DNA of 64,000 bases from Perkinsela sp. CCAP 1560/9 (GCA_965644495.1 CBFFSA010000001.1:2914001-2978000), one strand, 5' to 3'. Shown: positions 10,951 through 22,163, counted from the first letter of the stretch. Notes: generated by a model from the letters alone, not told the origin. Numbers and translations are program-made.

Positions 10951-11889
10951 TTAATACTTAGTAAGTCCCCCCTTCGCCCTGATGACTGCCCTCAAACGAC
11001 GGGGCATGCTTTGGACAAGAGGGAGGCATGCACTTGGAGGAACTTTCGCCCATGCTTTTTGGGCCCGTTCCCATAACTCGATCATTCCTGCGGGTGGGTC
11101 GGGGTAATCTGCCGTTGCCTTTTTCAGTTCAACCCATAGGTTTTCTATGGGGTTTAAGTCGGGAGACTGAGGGGGCCAGTCAAGCACACACAGCTCCTGC
11201 GAATTTAAAAAATCCCGAGCCTTCTTACTCGTGTGCTTCGGATCGTTATCCTGTTGGAAGACGATCCGATCCTTCGTGACACTCAGCTTTTGTAGGGAAG
11301 GGGGCAAATTTTGTTGCAGTATTTGAACGTACTGCTCGGCGTTCATATTCCCGTGAACCAGCTCAATGGTTCCCACACCGTGCTCCATCATGCAACCCCA
11401 TATCATGATGGAGCCGCCACCATACTTGAGCGTACCTTGTGTGTTTCGCTCAGACAGCTCCTCCCCAAAGTCTACCCAAACCCACCGGCTACCATTCGAC
11501 TCGAAACGGCAGATCTTCGTTTCATCCGTGAAAAGTACACGGCCCCAGTCGGCGTGCGTCCAATGCTCGTACTTTCTTGCAAAAGCAAGACGTAGAGCCT
11601 TGTGACGTTTCGTAAGGTAGGGCTTCTTGACCCTCTTCTTTCCCTTCATACCACGCTTACGAAGGGAAACCCGAATGGTTTCCGGGCAAACATCCGCAAT
11701 ACCTTCGTCTCTCAACCTTTTGCTGGCGGCAACTGCGTCTTTTGTGGCGCCGCTAGTGATGAGACGGCGGAGGCGCCTACGGCAAGTATCACTCAGCTTA
11801 CGTGGGCGACCGGTTGGTTGTCTAGATAGCGATGGAAGATATTTATTTTTAATGCGGCTGACATTTCCTACGCTTAAGTTTAAATCGGC
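10951..11889 (-). pseudogene. 5'-truncated Tc1 transposase (left arm)
   Basis: Frame open from ADLNLSVG..GRPRKL through FTDETK, QQDNDPKH, SPDLNPIE; no upstream ATG (in-frame stop at 11922-11920). Confidence 0.88.
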
Positions 11890-11950
11890 GTAGAATGTAG
11901 AAAATAGAGCAACTTGGTTTTATTCTCCTATTGTAGATCTTTGTTCTACT

Positions 11951-12979
11951 ATGCACAGTACACCGAGTTATTTACGAAAGATTGCTATTGAAAAACTTGA
12001 AAACGGATCTTCACTTCGTAGAGTGATTTAAACTTAAGCCGCCGATTTAAACTTAAGCGTAGGAAATGTCAGCCGCATTAAAAATAAATATCTTCCATCG
12101 CTATCTAGACAACCAACCGGTCGCCCACGTAAGCTGAGTGATACTTGCCGTAGGCGCCTCCGCCGTCTCATCACTAGCGGCGCCACAAAAGACGCAGTTG
12201 CCGCCAGCAAAAGGTTGAGAGACGAAGGTATTGCGGATGTTTGCCCGGAAACCATTCGGGTTTCCCTTCGTAAGCGTGGTATGAAGGGAAAGAAGAGGGT
12301 CAAGAAGCCCTACCTTACGAAACGTCACAAGGCTCTACGTCTTGCTTTTGCAAGAAAGTACGAGCATTGGACGCACGCCGACTGGGGCCGTGTACTTTTC
12401 ACGGATGAAACGAAGATCTGCCGTTTCGAGTCGAATGGTAGCCGGTGGGTTTGGGTAGACTTTGGGGAGGAGCTGTCTGAGCGAAACACACAAGGTACGC
12501 TCAAGTATGGTGGCGGCTCCATCATGATATGGGGTTGCATGATGGAGCACGGTGTGGGAACCATTGAGCTGGTTCACGGGAATATGAACGCCGAGCAGTA
12601 CGTTCAAATACTGCAACAAAATTTGCCCCCTTCCCTACAAAAGCTGAGTGTCACGAAGGATCGGATCGTCTTCCAACAGGATAACGATCCGAAGCACACG
12701 AGTAAGAAGGCTCGGGATTTTTTAAATTCGCAGGAGCTGTGTGTGCTTGACTGGCCCCCTCAGTCTCCCGACTTAAACCCCATAGAAAACCTATGGGTTG
12801 AACTGAAAAAGGCAACGGCAGATTACCCCGACCCACCCGCAGGAATGATCGAGTTATGGGAACGGGCCCAAAAAGCATGGGCGAAAGTTCCTCCAAGTGC
12901 ATGCCTCCCTCTTGTCCAAAGCATGCCCCGTCGTTTGAGGGCAGTCATCAGGGCGAAGGGGGGACTTACTAAGTATTAA
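11951..12979 (+). pseudogene. near full-length Tc1 DD34E transposase interrupted by a 12-bp insertion
   Basis: ATG 11951 MHSTPSYLRKIAIEKLENGSSLRRV is in frame with the transposase body; 12-bp insertion at ~12025-12036 adds TAA stops at 12029 and 12035; removing it gives ~338 aa with HTH SLRRVAADLNLS, GRPRKL and D-D34-E. Confidence 0.88.
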
Positions 12980-13418
12980 GTCTAAACCATTTTGGTCCAT
13001 TAAGGGTGAAGCAGTAGAACGTTTTCCTATAAAAAAACGTGTCCGAAAAAAAGTCAAAAAAGTGTTCATATGTTGGACTGACATTATATCTTTCATAGTT
13101 TTTCGTAGTAAGATCGTTGATGAACTCAAAGTACGTGGGGATATAAGCACTACCCCAGCCTACACTACTACCATATACTACAGCATTATCCTCTGATTCT
13201 CTTTGGTAAAAAATAAAAACATTAAAAAATGTCGAAACATTTGAACACTTTTTTGAGTTACTGTATTCATCAGATGTACAATAGGCTATCAAATTAGAGA
13301 CAACAAGCAATTTGTACCTTTCATCTAACAGTCCACATCATATCTTGTAGAAGATGGATGATGACATGTGTATCAAACTAAAAGTTACGAAAAGTTCGTC
13401 CTTCAATCATCGAGTCTA

Positions 13419-15368
13419 TCAAGCAGATCGAGATCGAACAGTGTCCGACTTGAAGATAGAGCTTAATTGTTGGTTGCCATGAAAACCCATGCTTTCAGCA
13501 TTTTCACGTACTTCTGATAGGGGCGAAGCGGTGTATGTTTCATCTGCTGACGATTCACTTTCACTTTCAACAAGGTATTCTACAGCTTGTTTGAGCTGCC
13601 ACGCTTTTGCCGAACTAAGATCCTCAACGTCGTTTTCAAGAAACGCTGCTATCTGCCCCGGAGTAACGTGAAATCGATCTCTACATTCTTGCAGCTTCTC
13701 CACTTTAAGGGTATTTGTGTCGGGTGATTGCGAAGTGAACGAGGTTGAAACAGATTCTGGGTCACCATTTTCTGTTGAGCCTGTGGAGTCATCAGAACAT
13801 GAGCTGTTCCTGCTAAATAAATATTGATCTCGGTGGCATGCTGATGTGTCGTCGTTTTCACAGACCTCTAGAAACCAATCAAAGGTTTTCAACATGTCCT
13901 CTGCTGATAACCGAGCGGAAGGATCTATTTCCAGCATAGGGCGCAAAAACTGAGATATTTCAATCGATTTTTCGGAAGTGAAATTATATTTTTCATATAA
14001 CACATCCTCCAATGACCATAACTTCAAGTCAACAACATGCCGAAAACCACCGTAGCTCGTCAAGAATCGGTCTCGATACTTCCCGTTGCCACGTGCCATA
14101 TGATTAGGAATGGGTCCTAGGGCTTCTACCATCTGGGCTAAATGATCTTCATCGCGGCTGTACTGCTTGGATTCCTTTGGGTCAAACAAAAAATCTCCTG
14201 TTATGAGTTCAAAGGCAAGGCAAGCTGCACTCCACAGATCCGTTGAGGTATCATAGTCGTACCCTAGGATAACTTCAGGACTCCGATACTGCCGTGTCTG
14301 AATTTCATCACTGAACTTTTTATTCCTCCAACAAGCGTTTCCAAAGTCAGCCAAAGTAACCTGCTCCGTACGTCTCTGCTCCCAATCTGCGCTTACTTGA
14401 GTATCTCGTTTCTCATCCCTCTTTTCCGAGTCAACACAAGAGAGAGATTCCGTGGATCCATTCAGCCCGTTTGATGCGTACACAGGCGTAGAATGCTTCT
14501 CCGGTTTACTTTCCGGAATTTTCAGTTGCTTTACTTGTTCTGCCAATTTGTCAGCTTCGTCACTTCCTTGCGAGGGTTCTGCTGGTTGCCCGGGCTTTTT
14601 GACGTCCTTTTCGCGTCTCTTCAGCCTCTTCTTTTGCGACTTTGTAAGTAATTCTGGATTCTTTTCTGAGAGTCTGATGTCTTGAGCACGATCAGGAGGT
14701 ACATAGTTCTGCATGACTTGCTGAATTTTCAAAGTTGGTGCGGAAAGCAGTACATTTTCGGGTTTGAGGTCCGTATGAATGATGCCTAATCTATGAATGT
14801 GCACCAGAGCCTGCAGAATCTGCTTCATTATCTTTTTCACATGAGACAAAGGTAACCCACGATAGTTATGCTTCTCAATCAAATGCAAAATATTTTCTCC
14901 CAGAACTTCAAAAATCATAATCACGTGCTTCCCGTTTGGGCCCCGATGCTCGAAGAAATCAAGCATGTGCGCACAATGTAAAGATTTCCATTCATCATGT
15001 GAGATACTATACCGTATTTGCTTCAATACTTCAATTTCGTCCATAGCTGCTTCTGTGTATTGTGCAGCGCTCTTCTGCACTTTCATAGCCGCAAATAATT
15101 CTGTATTGTAGTCCCACACAAGCCACACGGTAGAGAAATATCCCCATCCTAATTTCTGAATTACGCGATACCGGTTCCAGTAGAGCTCACCTATGTGAAC
15201 AGGATGATATCCCCCTTTTCGGTACTCTCGTTTCCGCTCCATTTCTGTATCGCTAAAATCTTCTTCGCTTTCACTAACATAATCATTTCTTTCTTTTTCC
15301 TTTTTTCTTCGGATCTGCATTTGTGGGTTCTGCGGCCCATTCTTTCGTCTTAAAAGTGCATGTCGCAT
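13419..15368 (-). CDS. SRPK: serine/arginine-rich protein-specific kinase
   Basis: YRKGGYHPV, KLGWGYFSTVWL, HTDLKPEN, spacer insert, ADFGNACW, IQTRQYRSPEV, YSRDEDHLAQ. Confidence 0.95.
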   Translation of the reverse strand: MRHALLRRKNGPQNPQMQIRRKKEKERNDYVSESEEDFSDTEMERKREYRKGGYHPVHIGELYWNRYRVIQKLGWGYFSTVWLVWDYNTELFAAMKVQKSAAQYTEAAMDEIEVLKQIRYSISHDEWKSLHCAHMLDFFEHRGPNGKHVIMIFEVLGENILHLIEKHNYRGLPLSHVKKIMKQILQALVHIHRLGIIHTDLKPENVLLSAPTLKIQQVMQNYVPPDRAQDIRLSEKNPELLTKSQKKRLKRREKDVKKPGQPAEPSQGSDEADKLAEQVKQLKIPESKPEKHSTPVYASNGLNGSTESLSCVDSEKRDEKRDTQVSADWEQRRTEQVTLADFGNACWRNKKFSDEIQTRQYRSPEVILGYDYDTSTDLWSAACLAFELITGDFLFDPKESKQYSRDEDHLAQMVEALGPIPNHMARGNGKYRDRFLTSYGGFRHVVDLKLWSLEDVLYEKYNFTSEKSIEISQFLRPMLEIDPSARLSAEDMLKTFDWFLEVCENDDTSACHRDQYLFSRNSSCSDDSTGSTENGDPESVSTSFTSQSPDTNTLKVEKLQECRDRFHVTPGQIAAFLENDVEDLSSAKAWQLKQAVEYLVESESESSADETYTASPLSEVRENAESMGFHGNQQLSSIFKSDTVRSRSA

Positions 15369-15728
15369 GAAAGCAAGATAAAGTGTTCAATCTGAGCGGC
15401 TTAGCCAAATTCAGTCACAAAGTGCAAAATGAAAGTAATCCGCAAAAAATGGTTTGCAATATAGTAAGAATTGCGTGTTTAATGATACTGAACTTTAATA
15501 AGTCAAAACTTGTTCCCTTCCCTGTATAAAAGTTTTCAGTATCAAAGATATGCTGCAATGAAATCATATGTCATGCGAACAAACTAAGCAAACATGTGAA
15601 CGTCACGCACAAAAGAGCAAAATCAGCAAAATGTATCAGTACGTAGTTCCGTACTTCTCAGTCATCCTGCTGACCATTAGGATCTAATACCCTTTTAAAT
15701 AGAGAGTTCTGCCACTTCGTAATTTCTC

Positions 15729-16400
15729 TCACATAGCACCACCACGTTTTTCCTGACCCTCTGTCCACGCCTTGGCAATCATTTGTTTCATGCTATCATC
15801 CCCATCATTGTACATGTCCTTCATGAGTTTCATAATGCTATCCCCCGGATTGGCATCGTCATCCGTTTTGCTTTTCCCAACAGAGGGAAATCGAGATACC
15901 TTTTCTTTGAGTTCTGTCCAATGTCCTGAATCTGATTTTGGTAACGTGAGAACCACCGCACCCCCGTGTTTTATCCGATACGAGCAGGCATCCGCTTTCA
16001 CCGACTTCTCCAACGGATAGAGCAGCAGTCGACAAGGCGTTCCCCTCACCTCAGCGGTAAACTCAGCCCGATTTCCCGAAGCCACGAGCTGTGGATTAAC
16101 GACACCCTCCGTGTCCTGAACCCCCGACAACGTGAAATAGACTTTGACGCTCTTGTCGGTTTGATCCCAAGAATATTGCGTGAGTTCTTTAACGGGTAGT
16201 TTGACTTTTACCGTGTCCGTGGTTGCCACAGCAATGGGGGAACTGGAAGGTAGGTCTGCGCCTTTAGCTGTTGTCATCGAGGTTAACAAATTTTGCAACG
16301 CTGCTCGCACGTTGGGTCGTTGTGCATCCGAAATTAATCTCTGCAACTCGTTAATATCTTCTTGAGGAGTGATCATGGTGTAAATAAAGGATAAGATCAA
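15729..16400 (-). CDS. calcyclin-binding protein (CacyBP/SIP)-like, CS + SGS domains (likely start MITPQ at 16376)
   Basis: YSWDQTDKSVKVY (CS domain); NPGDSIMKLMKDMYNDGDDSMKQMIAKAW (SGS domain). Confidence 0.88.
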   Translation of the reverse strand: MILSFIYTMITPQEDINELQRLISDAQRPNVRAALQNLLTSMTTAKGADLPSSSPIAVATTDTVKVKLPVKELTQYSWDQTDKSVKVYFTLSGVQDTEGVVNPQLVASGNRAEFTAEVRGTPCRLLLYPLEKSVKADACSYRIKHGGAVVLTLPKSDSGHWTELKEKVSRFPSVGKSKTDDDANPGDSIMKLMKDMYNDGDDSMKQMIAKAWTEGQEKRGGAM

Positions 16401-16508
16401 TAGATCCTTGTAAGATGAAATAACGCAGAGATGAAATTGTGTGTGTCATGTAGAATAATCACGTACAACTCATAATTCATCACATAGAAATAGTCTAGAA
16501 CACATGGT

Positions 16509-17624
16509 TTACCGCTTCTTACCATTCTTTGGAAGCACCTGCAAAGATTTAATCTTGTCCTCCAATTGCGTTAGCTCTGGATCTGCATTATCGCAGGCCG
16601 ATCTTTGTTCACAAAAACCATTTGTTTCGTTCTTTGGAGGATTTCGTGATTTTTTGTGTTTTGCAGTCGAAGGTCGAATATTCTTGTGAGCCTTCCTTTC
16701 ATGCGATTCTGATAAGTTCTCCGAAGATGTCATGCGTCGTGCGCAACCAAAAAATCCAACCTGAGGTGCGCCGCTCTCTAAACACGTCGGTTCCTTCTCA
16801 CATTCCAGGCTTTGTGCTGTCTCCTCTCTCTGATGTGACATTTCGACAAACTCCTCAACCCCTCCTTCCCCTTCCTCATATACAGCGGTGGCTAACACAC
16901 AAAGCGAGGCATTGTTGCAGCTTTGAACCTTACTCTGTAACTCCCGGTAGCGAGAGGGTGGGAGTGTCATCGTCCACACAGATCCTGGTATCGAATCTGT
17001 CGCATCGGATGAGGAGACCGTCGAGCTCTCCACTCGCAAAAATTCCATCGAATGTAAAACCTCTCCTATTCTTTGCGGTCCAGAGACACGCACGCGCATA
17101 TCTGCCCGTGCCAGCGGCAGCGGTTGGCTCTCCACAAGGGACTTCACGACATGTAAAATTTGTGGTTTCATCGCGGTGTGCAGACGGACGGCGAATCCCG
17201 TATCCCGCATCACACGCTCCAGGACACTTTTTGAATAGCGCCGGCGGGTGCGGGGGTCCACGCAAAGCTCCGTGACGCCGGTGACGACTTGGGACCACGC
17301 TTTTTGGTACTCCGCCTCGCGTTCGAGCTCAGCCACTTGGATTTCCCCATGCTGGAGAATATGAGAAAGGACGGTGGCCTCATCTGTGGTGCCGAAACAC
17401 TTGGAAAGCTCCGCGCTGGAGGCAAACTGTCCCGTGCTGACATTCGTGAAGACACGCTCCGTGACCACTACGTCGTGGAGGTTATGTTGGGCTCCGCTAC
17501 GGTAGGCGAGTACGGTGTTTTTGTGACACGCAATTTCGAATCGCTTTCCTTTCTGACGCAAACGAACGATGGAGATACTGTTGTGCCTCCGTTGATTGAG
17601 AGGAGTAGTGATGCGAGCACTCAT
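16509..17624 (-). CDS. SBDS: ribosome maturation protein SBDS/Sdo1
   Basis: TPLNQRR..ISIVRLRQKGKRFEIACHKN, VFTNVSTG, FGTTD, GEIQV; start placed at ATG of MSARITT. Confidence 0.92.
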   Translation of the reverse strand: MSARITTPLNQRRHNSISIVRLRQKGKRFEIACHKNTVLAYRSGAQHNLHDVVVTERVFTNVSTGQFASSAELSKCFGTTDEATVLSHILQHGEIQVAELEREAEYQKAWSQVVTGVTELCVDPRTRRRYSKSVLERVMRDTGFAVRLHTAMKPQILHVVKSLVESQPLPLARADMRVRVSGPQRIGEVLHSMEFLRVESSTVSSSDATDSIPGSVWTMTLPPSRYRELQSKVQSCNNASLCVLATAVYEEGEGGVEEFVEMSHQREETAQSLECEKEPTCLESGAPQVGFFGCARRMTSSENLSESHERKAHKNIRPSTAKHKKSRNPPKNETNGFCEQRSACDNADPELTQLEDKIKSLQVLPKNGKKR

Positions 17625-17974
17625 TCGGATATGTGGAAAAGGAAAAGGAATGTTTATTGTTTGTATGCTTACTGTACACCATGCAAGGATAGTCAACGAG
17701 GACCATCAGTGTAAAAGCCTTCTTAGAAAAACAACATGTGTTAAAATACTCATCACTATCACTATTCTGATTAGGGCATGTGATTTTCCCTCGCATACGT
17801 AATACATGTGTGCTACGCTGTATGTAGTTGATTTCTTTTTACATTGTTCAATGCCCTGCGCCAATGTCATAAGAAAATACATGATTATCTGCTGATCTTT
17901 GACACTCAAAAATTAACTGTCATGTATGCAATACAAATATACTCCTACATTCTTCACATATTAGACATCAGATC

Positions 17975-18811
17975 TTAGTGTTGTGTACTATGTGCTCGTG
18001 GATGCAATGAGCCAAACACATCTCCTAGAATAAATGAGCCGTTGTGTGGCACGAACGATACATTGGGAGAGTTCACCAATTCATTGGAAATCTCCTTGGC
18101 TGCTTCAATACGTCGAAGCTCCACAAGACCATTACCAGCCTTTTGCATCGCATTGCTAATGAGTCGCGCTGCGCAAGATTCACCCTCTGCTCGAATGACG
18201 GCAGCTCTTTTCTTTTGCTCGTTCTCTTGAACAACAAATTTAAAGCGCTCCGCCTCTTGCTGCGCGACTTGCTTTTGCTCCACAGCCATCATGAACTCCT
18301 TTCCGAAAGAGATATCCATCAGACTGATGTCGTCCAGAATAATGTTAAACTCGCGGCTAGCTTTCTCGCTCATCCAGCTACGAATACGTTCACTCACCTT
18401 TTCACGGTTCACAATAAGCTCCTCGGCATTATGTTCCGCAACCACAGCCTTCATGATTTCATTTCCAATCGAGGGCAGAATCTTTTCGTCATAGTCGTGA
18501 CCGAGCTCCCGGTAAATATCTGGAAGCTTCTCCACACAAGGGCGAAACAAAACGCGAAGGCGTATGTTCACCATCTGCAGGTCCTTCGTTCCCGTCATCG
18601 TACTGATCACACGCGGCCGCAGGCGAATGTCAAACAGCTTGGGGACTTCCACCATGGGCATACGGAAATGGATGCCTTCTCCATAGGTACCGTCCTTGAT
18701 ACCTGAAAGCATGGAGTAGACCACCGCACACTCCCCGGGGTGCACAACGTAGGTGCACGTTCCAGCAGCCACGGCACCCAGCCCAAAGGCAACGGCTGTG
18801 CGCGCGAACAT
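17975..18811 (-). CDS. PHB1: prohibitin (PHB1-like)
   Basis: GEGIHF, TGTKDLQMVNIRLRVL, DYDEKILPSIGNE, AVEQKQVAQQEAER, ELRRIEAA. Confidence 0.92.
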   Translation of the reverse strand: MFARTAVAFGLGAVAAGTCTYVVHPGECAVVYSMLSGIKDGTYGEGIHFRMPMVEVPKLFDIRLRPRVISTMTGTKDLQMVNIRLRVLFRPCVEKLPDIYRELGHDYDEKILPSIGNEIMKAVVAEHNAEELIVNREKVSERIRSWMSEKASREFNIILDDISLMDISFGKEFMMAVEQKQVAQQEAERFKFVVQENEQKKRAAVIRAEGESCAARLISNAMQKAGNGLVELRRIEAAKEISNELVNSPNVSFVPHNGSFILGDVFGSLHPRAHSTQH

Positions 18812-19277
18812 GGGTGAAATTAAAGGAAAGAAAAGAGAGAACGTTTTGAAAAGTATGATTGCGTTCTAAGGTGACGACATAAAAAAACATGGATGGGTAG
18901 AGAGACATAGGGAAGCACACATAATTTTTATGTACAAGTGCTCTTAATTCTTTTTCAAACGTACACAAATCTATCTCAATGAACACTTTATACTGCATCC
19001 ACCCAACTCCGAACAATATTGTATCATTAGAAATAGGCATGAATTGCTCGTTCTTCTTAAGTGTCCCGATCGTCGCAGCTGTAGTGTGCTTTCCCACACG
19101 CCGGGGAAAAATATTATCAAATGGTTTCAACGGCGTTTTCTGTGGAATCCGAAGCCACGAATGAAAGGAAAGGTAAGGTAAACCTTGCATGGAAAAGGAG
19201 ATGCTGAACTGAAATAGTTGCTGCTGTTTTACATCGTATTGTGTATGGCCAACATGCACCTCTATTCATTAGTATAT

Positions 19278-22163
19278 CTACTCATTTATGTCTGGATTAG
19301 AAAGTTTTACTTGCCGTATTCGATCTAGGCCAGGGGAAGTCGAATTTACTTTGCCTTCAACTTTCGACGACTCCGAAAATGCAACCAGCTCTGCAGCTTG
19401 CTCCTCAGTCAGAGTATGATGCGACAACTGTTCGGCGATCTCTCTAGTTACCGTGTCGAAAATATTGCCTTCAAGTGAAAGTTTGGTATAGGAACGAAAA
19501 AGTTTCCACAAATCCTTGGTGCTGTACTTCACGTTCTTTAGTACCATTTTTGTACGCCTAGCTAACACGAAAAGCACTTGTTGAAGTGACTCACAGGGCT
19601 CGCCCCCTTTAATATACTGCATCCAATGGTCGGTTGCGAAGACATCAGCCAGTTGGGTGACTTTTGTGGCTGTAAGCAGCGTCGCATTTGCCTCCACGTG
19701 GCTTAATATTCGTTTGCGTAGTGCGATAGATTGCAGGAGACCCAGAGGGCCCATTGCAATGGCCCAGTTCAGCAGGACACCTTGATCTGTGACGATACCG
19801 GTGTGGTTCTCCCAAGAGGAACGAGCAATGTGCCGCAGCGTGTCACGGCGCGGGACGTAAGCCGTCTTACACATACAGTACAGCCAGTCCGATGCAAGGT
19901 GCAAAACCCACGCGCGGCTCAGCGTATCCTCCACGTGTTTGTACACGACATCCAACAGTGTGGTTCGGTGACACTGAAGATCGCCAAGGGCGCGAAGCAA
20001 CATGTTTAGCACGGGGCCGCTTGGTATCACAGGGGTCTGCGAATCCGGCTTGGGTATCAGTTTCTCTTCAGCAACTGTGTATAAAAGCTCCAAAATGTCG
20101 GGCGATATTGTTGGAAGCACAGAGAACGCACGCAACGTCGTAGTTATATCGACAATGTTTGTCATTTCACGGCTTCGTAGTCCTTCCTTAATGCGTTTCG
20201 TGAGTAAATTCGTGACGCTGGGCTCCAAGCACATTAATACCGTTAAAGAGTTGAGAACTGAGCATGCAGATTGAAGACTCCATGGGCCACAATTCGAAAA
20301 TTTTGAGCAAAGCACGTCCTTAATTTCTTCATTGTATCTTACCGACTGACTCATAAAAGATAGGATCATAGCTATTTGTCCAGGGGAGAAATAGAGACTT
20401 TTTAAACTCAGTAAGCGTTCGTATACGAGCAACGTAATTTCTCGTGACAGAGGGTCTGATTTCCGCCTAGTACGGGCATTTAAAAAAACGGTAATGGTTT
20501 CTATAGATGTTCTCGGCAAAGATCTCTCAAATGAGTAAGAAAGTTCGCTCCACGCGTCAATATTTATTACCCTCGACGAGGCCATGATCTGCATTAACGT
20601 CGCATGATCTTCTGAGAAATCCAACAAAGAATTGCGGAGTAGTCCAGGTAGGCGTATCCAGAGTTGTGAATATATCAAATTTTTTCGCTTTTCTTGCTCA
20701 TATTTGTTTCGATATACAAACTGAGTTAAGAGAATGATGTCTTCAATACTAAAATCACACGTTTCATTCGCTTTTGAAAGTTCAAGTCGAGTTTCCACTT
20801 GATGAAGAATTGCCTTACCGAACTCAGCATGTTTTTTAGGAAACTTGTCACCAACGCAATATCGTACGAGTTGCACGAGATTATGGTTATCAAGAACACC
20901 GTCAGGTTCGGATTTTGCATTACTCAAAATTTTTGCAATGAAGTCATGCGCCAATACAGGATCACAAATCGCCGAGCGAAGCATAACTTGTAGAGCAATG
21001 GTCAGTGTACTCGACGGCGCATCCTCAATATTCTTATGTACGTGGCGGAGCAGTGCATTGTACACTTCGGGGTTACCTAAAAGAAGTCCTCTAGTGCTGT
21101 GAAGCAGATCCCTTGCATTACGAACGGAACAACTCTCAAGGTTTTGTAAAATCATGTTTCTCACCGGGTCACACAAAGCTTTCGTTCTATGAAGTTTCAG
21201 TACGTTTGCACCTCGTAGCAGCTCGCAAAGCCGAGGTATCGATAGACATGCAAGGCATGGAATGCATGAGTCAAGTAGGACTTGATGTCCTTCTCGATCA
21301 AACATTTCGCGTTGTCCGACGTTTAACACACAAAACGATTCCATGTATGGCGGAACGCATTGAACAGAACGTTCATTGAGCGGTACAAGACGCATCATGG
21401 CATCATGAAAGAATTTCGCCGTCGTTTTCCGAAGAGAAAGTTTCATTCGGCCTACCATCGACAGAATATGAGGAATACGTGAACATGAAAATCCCGTTGC
21501 TTCACAATTTGAAAGGGTTTCTGCTAAACTGTTTAAGACATGCTGATAATCTGCATATTCAGTGCCGTGAACCATATCCATTGCAACGAAAAGTTCTGCT
21601 AAAGCATTAGGGTCGCTACTTGAAAGTAACTTTTGTGCCCTACTGAGGAGTATACGAAAGAAACCATGGTCATATGAAAATCTGTCCTGTTTGACAACAG
21701 AAAGGGCGTTCGCTACTTGTGCTGCATCCATAGTGTGAATCAACTCACAGTATCGACTTCGGCATTTCTGTAATAGGACCCATGGCATGGGCAACGTGAC
21801 TTCGCTGGAAGTCCTCAAAAATGCTGTTAATTCTTCTATCGCCAGTTCGGACGCTAATAAATCTACTCGGTCATATAACTCGCCAACGAATTTGTCTGTG
21901 TGCAGGCGTTCAGTCGTTTTATCCAACCCTAAAGCATGGAGTATAACCGCAATATCCCTTGCACTTAGTTTGCTCACAGTGATACCAAACAGATTTTTAT
22001 TGTAGCCATGTAAAATGCACTGCGGAGGTGAGTCGAATATTTCCAACAAGGACTTCAATACTTTCAAAGTTTCCGCAACATTTAGAATATGAGGAGGTAA
22101 CGTGCGCTGCAAGAGTCTTTGTAGAGACAATGGACGCACATGGGCAAGTGACAACAGCTTCAT
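19278..22163 (-). CDS. large helical-repeat hypothetical protein (OPR/FASTK-like, possibly organellar RNA binding)
   Basis: 961 aa, Leu-rich helical repeats such as MDAAQVANAL, FSPGQIAMIL, SLQSACSVLNSL. Confidence 0.6.
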   Translation of the reverse strand: MKLLSLAHVRPLSLQRLLQRTLPPHILNVAETLKVLKSLLEIFDSPPQCILHGYNKNLFGITVSKLSARDIAVILHALGLDKTTERLHTDKFVGELYDRVDLLASELAIEELTAFLRTSSEVTLPMPWVLLQKCRSRYCELIHTMDAAQVANALSVVKQDRFSYDHGFFRILLSRAQKLLSSSDPNALAELFVAMDMVHGTEYADYQHVLNSLAETLSNCEATGFSCSRIPHILSMVGRMKLSLRKTTAKFFHDAMMRLVPLNERSVQCVPPYMESFCVLNVGQREMFDREGHQVLLDSCIPCLACLSIPRLCELLRGANVLKLHRTKALCDPVRNMILQNLESCSVRNARDLLHSTRGLLLGNPEVYNALLRHVHKNIEDAPSSTLTIALQVMLRSAICDPVLAHDFIAKILSNAKSEPDGVLDNHNLVQLVRYCVGDKFPKKHAEFGKAILHQVETRLELSKANETCDFSIEDIILLTQFVYRNKYEQEKRKNLIYSQLWIRLPGLLRNSLLDFSEDHATLMQIMASSRVINIDAWSELSYSFERSLPRTSIETITVFLNARTRRKSDPLSREITLLVYERLLSLKSLYFSPGQIAMILSFMSQSVRYNEEIKDVLCSKFSNCGPWSLQSACSVLNSLTVLMCLEPSVTNLLTKRIKEGLRSREMTNIVDITTTLRAFSVLPTISPDILELLYTVAEEKLIPKPDSQTPVIPSGPVLNMLLRALGDLQCHRTTLLDVVYKHVEDTLSRAWVLHLASDWLYCMCKTAYVPRRDTLRHIARSSWENHTGIVTDQGVLLNWAIAMGPLGLLQSIALRKRILSHVEANATLLTATKVTQLADVFATDHWMQYIKGGEPCESLQQVLFVLARRTKMVLKNVKYSTKDLWKLFRSYTKLSLEGNIFDTVTREIAEQLSHHTLTEEQAAELVAFSESSKVEGKVNSTSPGLDRIRQVKLSNPDINE

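Larger units (their letters stand above)
10667..13263. mobile_element. fold-back (palindromic) Tc1/mariner element, DD34E family
   Basis: Ends CAGTAACTC...GAGTTACTG flanked by TA (10665-66, 13264-65); arms 10667-11890 and 12040-13263 are reverse complements (mirror ORF coordinates all sum to 23930, translations identical); 149-bp spacer. Confidence 0.95.

Noticed and set aside
10667-13263. Two independent intact Tc1 genes of 254 aa
   Set aside because: The listed starts are TTG within the coding region; both lack the N-terminal HTH and the real ATG is at 11951
10667-13263. Whole-genome-amplification fold-back chimera as the default explanation
   Set aside because: Symmetry ends at TA-flanked termini with unique, co-oriented flanks, which a chimera would not give; mis-assembly is not fully excluded without long reads
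18044-18706. Long antisense ORFs opposite conserved genes (also 16622-17275, 56986-57468)
   Set aside because: Typical antisense shadows of real coding frames with no motifs
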